From Eledone cirrhosa (lineage: Eukaryota): a DNA stretch of 64,000 nt. Position numbers and translations under genes: made by a program. The notes beneath the pieces were generated by a model that saw only the letters and a program-made list of their open reading frames with translations, was not told the DNA's origin and made no database searches. The DNA lies in assembly GCA_964016885.1 (NCBI GenBank), contig OZ024741.1:361522001-361586000 (forward strand), written 5' to 3'. Within the stretch, counting starts at the first letter, position 1; every line of letters starts with the position of its first letter. Of the stretch, positions 56,891 through 64,000 are shown piece by piece.

Positions 56891-57884
56891 ACTTTTAGTT
56901 GCCTCACAGACACACATTATCTAGTCGAGTTTGCATGGAATAAAAATTTGATTTTTGTGTGAGTCATTTCAAATTCTTTGGTAGCTTAAAAACATCTATG
57001 GTCGCCAGGTTTCTGGATGTTAGCAGTAATACACTTTCGGAACTTGGTGATCTTGGCCATTGACCACAAGAGGTTGCTGTGTCCCATATCATGTAAGTGT
57101 TGCCATTGGTAACACTTTTTCTGAGATTGCACATTTGTTATGCTGCTTCTCTTGGTTGGGTATCTGTTGGGTGCCATGTCTTGCAGCACGTGTTTTGTCC
57201 AGGATGTTATAATTTCATACTCCCTGTTAACCCCATATATCTAGAGGTTATTCCTTTATCTGCCACCTGGAAACATGGTCCCTCCCCCCTCTCTCTCTCC
57301 CCCCTCTCTCTCATCACTTTGTATGTGACAGGCCCTATTATTGGTGGTTTGGATACGAGAAATAGATAGGGAGTGTGTGCATTTGTGTGTGTATTATATA
57401 CATCAAATGTTAAACAAATATATCATCATTGTATTGTTCTTTGGCTTTTCTTATAGCTATATTATCTATATATATATTTATTTATCTGTCATATCACCAG
57501 GATTACTCTGTGTTGCTATTTTGAGTTCCGTCACTTCCTGCTGATCAGGCAACATGATTGGTGGGAATCTGCAAAACTCAGACTAGGTACAGAGTAATCT
57601 CAGTAATAAATAAATATATAATATTCTACATTTTTGTATTGAGAACTTTTCCCTCATATTTGGAAACATTATATATACTAGCAGAAAAACCACCCTATGG
57701 GTGGTTTTCTGCTAGCATGTCTAGTGTGTATATTGATATTATACACAAATATATATGCATGTAGATATGATACATCAAATAAAATCGTAATTGGCAATAT
57801 ACACAGAAATTGAACGAAGTCTATGTTACACTGTCTTCTGAAATCAGTAACGTAATCCATGATACATTTAAAAAAAGACGATAT

Positions 57885-58105
57885 TCACGACAAAAAAACA
57901 CAGTCCACGCTGTAATGTTGCCGTGTAGGTAACACGGTGAAAACCTCCCAGTCCACACTGTAAACGTGGTTGGTGTTAGGAAGGGCATCCAGACAGTCCT
58001 ATACGAGCAGGACAACCAATCTTGCCTCAAGTGGGAAAACTCCCGTCCAAACCCATGCAAGCGTGGAAGATGGACGTTAAACGATGATGATGATGATGAT
58101 GATGA
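57885..58105 (+). mobile_element. 5'-truncated copy of the RTE 3'UTR ending in a (GAT)n tail
   Basis: Closely matches the reverse complement of 61247-61490 (cacgacaaaaaaacacagtccacgctgtaatgt...ggttggtgttaggaagggcatcca...cttgcctcaagtgggaaaac...ggacgttaaacgatgatgat). Confidence 0.9.
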
Positions 58106-58418
58106 AACTGCATTAGGAAAAAATTAATGATGGAAATATATGCAATATTTTTATAAGTGTTATAATATAATGGCCGCTAACCGGAAGTGTTGACATTTGA
58201 ACATTTTAAAGAAGTGAATTTTAAAGGTCTTTAAATAAGCTATAAAATATATTTAATCAACAGCCACGAAATTTAGCACATAAATTATGTAATATTCATT
58301 CATTATTTATTCAAAGTAATCCAACTTATTTTACAAACGGGGTAAAAAAATATATTCTGGACGGAATCCCGCACTCCTTTCTTTATTATAGTTAAGACAC
58401 GCACACACACGCACATAT

Positions 58419-58636
58419 ATATTTATTAAAATAACAGATTAAAGTTTAAGCAAAGAATCCCTGCTTTGACCCTTAATGGGATCTTCTGAAACTAAAAAAA
58501 TCAATCTCTGAATGCAATGTTTTTGAAATATTTACTTCTGCATTCAGAGATTGATTTTTTTAGTTTCAGAAGATCCCATTAAGGGTCAAAGCAGGGATTC
58601 TTTGCTTAAACTTTAATCTGTTATTTTAATAAATAT
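58419..58636. repeat. Perfect inverted repeat, 98-bp arms with a 22-bp spacer
   Basis: 58419-58516 is the exact reverse complement of 58539-58636 by manual comparison. Confidence 0.95.
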
Positions 58637-58701
58637 TTGCTCTACAGTTCTTATATATTTGATATATATTTATCCTTATCGAGCCCTCTTTGGATTATTA
58701 C

Positions 58702-58739
<38 letters not shown>

Positions 58740-58745
58740 TATAAT
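58702..58745. repeat. (TA)n(CA)n compound microsatellite
   Basis: Direct reading. Confidence 0.95.
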
Positions 58746-58789
58746 ATGAGGAAATAATAGACAGAAATATACCTATTTTTTCTTCAAAG

Positions 58790-58880
58790 TCCCGACTGCA
58801 GTTTCGCCGATCCGTGTGCACCGATTTCTGCACTATAAAACTGCATCATAGCTGTGAGGTTGATACGGCTTATGAAGAGA
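58790..58880 (-). ncRNA. Degenerate minimal type-I hammerhead-ribozyme-like motif (Penelope-like element terminus), probably inactive
   Basis: The - strand reads TCTC-TTCATAA-GCCG(T)ATC...GATCGGC-GAAA-CTGCAG-TC-GGGA. Stem I TCTC/GGGA, stem II GCCGATC/GATCGGC with a bulge, GAAA, palindromic stem III and GUC cleavage triplet are all present, but the CUGAUGA box matches at only 4/7. Confidence 0.5.
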
Positions 58881-59208
58881 TCCCTCAGAAAAAAGGAGTT
58901 TCTTGATGCATTCACAGCAAGTGAGAAAGTCTCATAGACGGAGGAAGAGATTAACACGTGATACAGTGGTAAAAAAAAAAAGGACTGTTTCTCTCGTAGC
59001 AAATGAGAATTTCTCGAGAAGCGGGGAGAGAGATAAACACATGATACAGTGGTCACAGAAGGGTGGTAAGGTGGACAGTGAGTGAATAACATATTTGCTA
59101 GAAAAAGCAGTTAATACACTCGTGGTTAACTCGACCATAGGGGAGTTTGGGACAATATAATAATGAAATACACACACATGTTCATATGTATATGTGTGTG
59201 TGGTGTCT

Positions 59209-59439
59209 GCCTGGTCCCTTCAGGGAAATGGCCAAGCTCAGTGTGTAAGAAAGGAGTAGGCAGAAATTCCATTTTATGTCCCAAATGCAAAGTATGGGTG
59301 CATAAAAGATATCACAGGTAAGCTAACTAAGAACATAGATTTTATATGTGGCTGGTGCTCAGGTGCAATAAGTAGTAGCAAGTGCCCACAGGATACTAAC
59401 TCCTTCCATTGCCCAGATGGTTCTATAGAAATAGTGGAC

Positions 59440-59443
<4 letters not shown>
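59209..59443 (+). pseudogene. RTE-clade LINE ORF2 fragment containing a PHD-like Cys/His zinc finger, frameshifted
   Basis: Manual translation: LVPSGKWPSSVCKKGVGRNSILCPKCKVWVHKR / frameshift / ITGKLTKNIDFICGWCSGAISSSKCPQDTNSFHCPDGSIEIVDT. It fits the C..C.KGVG.NSI.C..C..WVHKRC...F.C..C + E.V..F.YLG pattern of invertebrate RTE elements. Confidence 0.8.

Positions 59444-59500
<57 letters not shown>
59444..59500. repeat. (TA)n microsatellite
   Basis: ~28 pure TA units. Confidence 0.98.
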
Positions 59501-59502
<2 letters not shown>

Positions 59503-60240
59503 TACACCTACGGTAGTAGGTGTATAATATTCTTAAGGTCCCATTTCGGTCACTCGCGACACCTTCAAAGCTTTGTCACTAATTCAATTTTTGATAGAAT
59601 TGGATGCGGTTTTTTGCACTTTATAGGACCACAGATAAGCTACTTTTTGACATAAAAATATTGAAATTTGGTTCAGTAGAAAAAAAGTTACATAAAAATA
59701 AGTGAGGACCAAAAGAGTGTAAGGAACTATATACATAAGTAGCGCTTAGTTTGTTTCTAATTTCTAATATATTAAAATAGTGATAGATTGTGCAATAGTG
59801 AATTGTGGTCAGGTAGCTCAGTCGGTAGAGCAGCGGACCGGCAATCCGAAGGTCGTGGGTTCGATTCCTACCCTGATTACTTTTCCTATCTGCACTTCTT
59901 CCTATTCATTATTATTTATTTAACTTATTTGTTGATAAATATTTTTAATATTAATATAATATCCTTGCAAAATTAAGTATACAGTAGTCAACTCTCCCTA
60001 TAAGACAGTCATTTTTCCAGTCCTTTAAAGTGATATTTTTTTAACAATTAACTTATAATTATTTATTTTTAGTTTTATAATCTAAATAATTTTTTTAAAA
60101 TTTAGACTTTAGCTGCAATATTTTAAGTTTTAAGAAGTTTTCTTGTCCTTTACTTTTCCAGGTGTAATAACTTGTCCTTTACTTTTCTAGGTTTATTAAT
60201 TTAAGAATATTTCTTTACATGCGCCCGCATTTTTCCCTGT
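59501..60240. mobile_element. Putative non-autonomous Helentron/HINE-like element bounded by (TA)n tracts
   Basis: 5' hairpin ATACACCTAC-ggta-GTAGGTGTAT (59502-59525), 11-bp subterminal IR AATATTCTTAA (59526-59536)/TTAAGAATATT (60201-60211), 3' mini-hairpin ATGCG-CC-CGCAT (60219-60230) followed by a T run. No ORF of note. Confidence 0.45.
59807..59879 (+). tRNA. tRNA-like gene/pseudogene, anticodon GGC (nominally Ala)
   Basis: GGTCAGG-TA-GCTC-AGTCGGTA-GAGC-A-GCGGA-CCGGCAA-TCCGA-AGGTC-GTGGG-TTCGATT-CCTAC-CCTGATT-A: a 73-nt cloverleaf with A and B boxes and a TTTTT terminator at 59881-59885. Defects: C33, G27-A43 mismatch, no G3:U70. Confidence 0.8.
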
Positions 60241-60345
60241 AATATATATATATATAATATATATATATATTATATATATATATATATTATGTATATATAT
60301 ATATATGTGTATATATATATAATATGTATATATATATATAATAAT
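60241..60345. repeat. Imperfect (TA)n microsatellite
   Basis: Direct reading. Confidence 0.95.
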
Positions 60346-60363
60346 AAATGTAATTTGAGTTTT

Positions 60364-60653
60364 TCATCATCATCATCATCATCATTTTACGTCCGCTTTT
60401 CCCTGCTTGCAAGGGTGGGACGAGAACTGATTCTGGCTTTATTTCTACAGCTGGATGCCCTTCCTAACACCAACCTCATTTACAGTGAGTGCTGGGTGCT
60501 TTTTTTTCCATGGCACCTACAGCTGAGTAAACTGGAGCAATGTGAAATAAAGTGTCTTGCTCAAGGAAACAACACATCACCCGGTCTGAGAATTGAGCTC
60601 ACAACCTTTCGATTGCAAGGCCAATGCTCTAACCACTAAGCCATGTGCCTCCA
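60364..60653 (-). mobile_element. Full-length tRNA-headed SINE with CORE-like central box and RTE-type (GAT)n tail
   Basis: The - strand has A box TGGCTTAGTGG, a degenerate B box GAGCTCAATTCT, ttccttgagcaagacacttt, then ggttggtgttaggaagggcatccagctgtagaaa...ggacgtaaaa(TGA)n. Confidence 0.85.
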
Positions 60654-60862
60654 TTCGAATATTAATAATTGAATATTAATAATTGTTTCTACATTTGGCA
60701 CAAGGCCAGCAATTAACCAGTGTATTTCTGGTACTTTATTTTATCGACCCCGAAAGGATGAAAGGCAAAGTTAACCTCGGCGGGATTTGAACTCAGAATG
60801 GCAAGGACCGTAATTCTATGCGTCAAAGCATGGCATCCAACCCTCTACCGATACTGCCAATC
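60654..60862 (-). mobile_element. tRNA-derived SINE (MetaSINE-like), left arm of inverted pair
   Basis: The - strand has A box TGGCAGTATCGG, B box GAGTTCAAATCC, the Meta-like domain actttgcctttcatcctttcggggtcgataaaataaagtaccag and an (ATT)-rich tail. Confidence 0.85.
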
Positions 60863-60984
60863 CTCCATTAATAATAATAATCGATTTGTTTGCAATTTTG
60901 CAAACAGCCTCTTTAAAGCCATGTATATTAGAATGACTCCATCATTCTTGCTCTTGAGTTGGCAGGCTGTTTGCATAATCGGGT

Positions 60985-61180
60985 GATTGGCAGTATCGGT
61001 AGAGGGTTGGACGCCATGCTTTGATGCATAGTTACGGCCCTTGCCATTCTGAGTTCAAATCCCGCCGAGGTTAACTTTGCCTTTCACCCTTACGGCGTCG
61101 GTAAAATAAAGTACCAGTAATGCACTGGGTAATTGCTGGCCTTGTGCCAAAAGTAGAAACAATTATTATTAATATTCGAA
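60985..61180 (+). mobile_element. tRNA-derived SINE (MetaSINE-like), right arm of inverted pair
   Basis: gattggcagtatcggtagagggttggacgcc...gagttcaaatcccgccgaggttaactttgcctttcacc...gtagaaacaattattattaatattcgaa is a near reverse complement of 60654-60862. Confidence 0.85.
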
Positions 61181-61246
61181 AAACACAGATTACATTTATT
61201 GTATTCAGCCATGTAGCGCGATAAACTATTTGTTTCTTATATATAT

Positions 61247-61858
61247 ATCATCATCATCATCATCATCAACGTTTAACGTCCGTGTTCCACGCTTGCATGG
61301 GTTTGGACGGGGGTTTTCCCACTTGAGGCAAGAGTGATTGTCTTGCTCGCATAGGACTGTCTGGCAGGTTTTCTACAGTTGGATGCCCTTCCTAACACCA
61401 ACCACATTTACAGTGTGGGTCGGGGAGGTTTTTACCGTGTTGCCTACACGGCCACATTACAGCGTGGACTGTGTGTTTTTTTGTCGTGACACCTACACGA
61501 TCTCATTTGTTTCGGCCTGGATGGTGTGGCACCAACATAACTTTACATAGAAGGGGGCGGTGTGGATGGGTGGGACGGGGGTGTATTTTGTTAGAGATGC
61601 CTACTGACTGTAGTAGGTTTTACTATGTATTTAGGTAAGGCGGGTCTTCTCTGTTACTGAGTACCGCCAAAGGTCTCGGTCCAGTGACATTGTCTTGGAG
61701 AGGTGTAAGTGTGTGAGGTCGGAGTTTATCAGCTCGTCCCAGGTTTTTCTAGGTCTGCCTATTCCGTGGCTACCGTCTATCTTTATTGCCCTGCACTTTG
61801 TTATACAGCTATCGACTTTCATGCGCATCACGTGTCCATACCAACGTAGCCTTCTCTC
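61247..61858 (-). mobile_element. 5'-truncated RTE-clade LINE: ORF2 C-terminus (61631-61858), ~380-bp 3'UTR and (GAT)n tail
   Basis: Translation ERRLRWYGHVMRMKVDSCITKCRAIKIDGSHGIGRPRKTWDELINSDL...DRDLWR...* matches the RTE C-terminal signature LRW.GHV.RM...GRP.K.W...DR..WR. Confidence 0.9.
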
Positions 61859-62223
61859 GAGTAAACAGGCTACATATATATATATGTGTGTGTGTTGTGA
61901 AATATCTGTTTGTATAGAAAGGCATTCAATGCAAAATGGGTTAGATTGCCAAGGTAATAATCAGAAGGGAATTGAGAGAGAAAACAAAATAAAAGAAAGG
62001 ACAAGTGATTGAAAGTTACCATATCAATGTATCATTCCCCAAATCTTTCTGATCAACCATCCATTATCTAGGAAGGGGTCTGTACGGGGAACTTCTGAAT
62101 AAAAAAAAAAAACCCTAGATTTTTCTTCCTAGAGACTGTTAATTTTGTTTCTTTTTGAATAATGTTTTGTGTTAGGTTTACAAAATAAGCATGTGTTGTT
62201 AATGTTTATATGTATCGGTTTGA

Positions 62224-62277
62224 GCTCATATGCAAAAGTGTGTGTAAGTATACTTACACATACTTTTGCATATGAGC
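62224..62277. repeat. 54-bp spacerless palindrome with one mismatch
   Basis: GCTCATATGCAAAAGTGTGTGTAAGTA|TACTTACACATACTTTTGCATATGAGC. Confidence 0.93.
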
Positions 62278-62297
62278 ATCAAACGGTGATGATGATA

Positions 62298-62485
62298 ATA
62301 TATATATGCAGCATATAGATCCTTGCAGTTTATGCAATACACTCACATGCATGTACATTTACACACATTCCCACTACATGTATACATATGAATATCTACA
62401 CATGCACACATACAGATGTATGCATGTACATACTGACACATACACACACACACACATGCATCTGCAGCTATATGCATATTTATGT
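62298..62485. repeat. Degenerate (CA/TA)-rich low-complexity tract
   Basis: Runs of cacatg/tacat/acac. Confidence 0.75.
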
Positions 62486-62809
62486 GGGTAAAGTTTCCAT
62501 AATATCATAAGAATCGCACAAACCATTACTTTCAGAAATTTTTTAAACATGCATAACTGAAGTTACATGTTATATCCATAAAATATTATATACATTTTGA
62601 CTAAAAATAAATGTGGTGAGAAATCGAGGACTGCACAGAATGGAAAGCCCTCTTTTTAAACTGTAGTGGACAGGATATCTTCTCTAGTCTTGGCGTTGTG
62701 ATGAAATGCACTTAGTTCGCTTTATAAAATGGTTGATGAATAAATTGAGAAAATATAAGGGAGAAAGTTCCCTTTGTCCTTGTTGAAGACCTAACAACCT
62801 CTCTGAAGT

Positions 62810-62900
62810 TGGTACCACAATAAAATGCACCCAATACACTCTGTAAATATTGTCGTTAGGAAGGCTTTGCCCTAGAAGTTATGCCAAAATATGGAACAAA
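62810..62900 (+). mobile_element. Old SINE 3'-half fragment
   Basis: aaaatgcacccaatacactctgtaaa...gttaggaagg resembles aaaagcacccagcactcactgtaaa...gttaggaagg in the 60364-60653 SINE. Confidence 0.6.
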
Positions 62901-62944
62901 GCATGGTATCAAGAATTTGGAGGGAATTAACAATATAACTTTTT

Positions 62945-63098
62945 CCTTATTAATCTGATGTTTGGAATATAACTTAAAGGTTCTAGCATAAAAAATGTGA
63001 TGGAAGGTTTTTAGATAATTATAAACACTTTTAAAATAAACAGCTTTGTCTCATAGAATCATGGATGGTTTCAGGCAATTTGGTATCAAAAGGGTTAA
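62945..63098 (-). mobile_element. piggyBac-like MITE remnant, copy 1 (ends AAAAGGG-TTAA)
   Basis: Terminal AGGG+TTAA. Internal tgatggaaggttttt, tgatgtttggaat and acacttttaaaataaacag are reverse complements of motifs in 63696-63928. Confidence 0.55.
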
Positions 63099-63695
63099 GT
63101 ATGCTTGTTTTTATTGTGTAGATGGTTTATGAGTGTTGCCTGAGTGTAGCATTGATTTAAAAAAAAAAATGTTAATCATGCTATTATGCTATGGTCTATT
63201 TTGTATTCTTTGGGATTTGTTGTGAAGTGGTTGGTTATGGCCATATGAAGAGGGATCCAGATATAACCAACATAATCCATGATGGAACTGATGTATTATT
63301 TATACACTACCATTGTTTCTTTGCAATGCATATGAAAGCTTAGTATGTTTATGCATTATTTTGTTTTTGTTATTGTTTTCTGTGTGTTGGTGAAAGTCAT
63401 AGGGATATTGTTGGTATTTCCTATTATTTGTTTTCTGTGTGTGCTATGTTGTTGAATGTGATGTTTGCCTGTATCTGCTGATTATGGTGTTACTAGAGAA
63501 AAGAGATTGATGTTTTTGTTCTTGGTTAGCCCCAGGTCAACCGTGATTGAGTTACTAATGAACAAAGCCATTATCAAAAAATAGCTGTTTCTCCTTCAGG
63601 TTATTTAGAGCTAGGAGAAACAAGAATATGACCATGTGCTGCTATATTTTTGGCTTCATGTACATTAACATATTTTGTTTCCATAAATATAGTAT

Positions 63696-63928
63696 TTAAA
63701 CCCTTTTGTTATGAAACTGCCCTGGTTCTATAATACTAAACTGTTATTTTAAAGTGTTTATATTTATCTAAAAAAACCTTCCATCATAAATTTTACTTAA
63801 GAACTTTGTTAAGTTGTGTTCCAAACATTAGCTTAACAATAATGAAGTTACTAAATCCTTTCAAGTTCTTGATTATTTTCAAAATAATTTGAAAGTTATA
63901 GGCAGTGTCTTTCATTAGAAAAGGTTAA
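63696..63928 (+). mobile_element. piggyBac-like MITE remnant, copy 2 (TTAA-ACCCTTTT...AAAAGG-TTAA)
   Basis: Degenerate CCCT/AGGG-type termini flanked by TTAA, with homology to copy 1. Confidence 0.55.
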
Positions 63929-64000
63929 CAATATAGTTAGTAGTTGAAATAATTGTTAGTGGTGTTGTTTATGTAAGATTGCATGAGTATTAGGTGTGTC

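Noticed and set aside
56986-57369. Overlapping ORFs of 67 and 90 aa, possible old LINE fragment
   Set aside because: No recognisable motif in the frames I translated, so a call cannot be supported.
59807-59879. Bacterial contamination or horizontal transfer suggested by the bacterial-looking tRNA (5' half resembles tRNA-Phe, G34 anticodon)
   Set aside because: It is embedded in AT-rich eukaryotic repeats, has no encoded CCA and has no bacterial genes nearby. Short tRNA similarity is not diagnostic.
56001-62491. Other short ORFs in the flank (e.g. 56153-56455, 58784-59092, 59274-59655, 60289-60639, 61695-62012, 62306-62491)
   Set aside because: They run through microsatellites (YIYI, HTHT, poly-S), SINEs or the antisense of LINE remnants, with no coherent exon structure.

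Overview
Eukaryotic, gene-free window. Bases 1 to ~55,830 are one continuous 19-bp tandem satellite (~2,900 monomers). Its two dominant types are GATGGTTGTTA-TG-GTGTTA and GATGGTTGTTA-CA-GTGTTA. It is built from irregular kb-scale duplication blocks and becomes more divergent towards its right-hand junction. The last ~8.2 kb is AT-rich, repeat-dense DNA: tRNA-headed SINEs, 5'-truncated RTE-clade LINE remnants, (TA)n/(CA)n/(GAT)n microsatellites, TTAA-flanked MITE-like copies, several long inverted repeats, decayed hammerhead-ribozyme-like motifs of Penelope-like type, and a cloverleaf tRNA-like gene (anticodon GGC) inside a Helentron/HINE-like element. The SINE and LINE sequences resemble those I recall from octopus/cephalopod genomes (inference, not a database result). 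No intact protein-coding gene is supported. The ORFs in the satellite are artefacts of the repeat. I see no clear novel multi-gene system; the best leads are the tRNA-carrying element, the CpG-decay binary code in the satellite and the hammerhead remnants.
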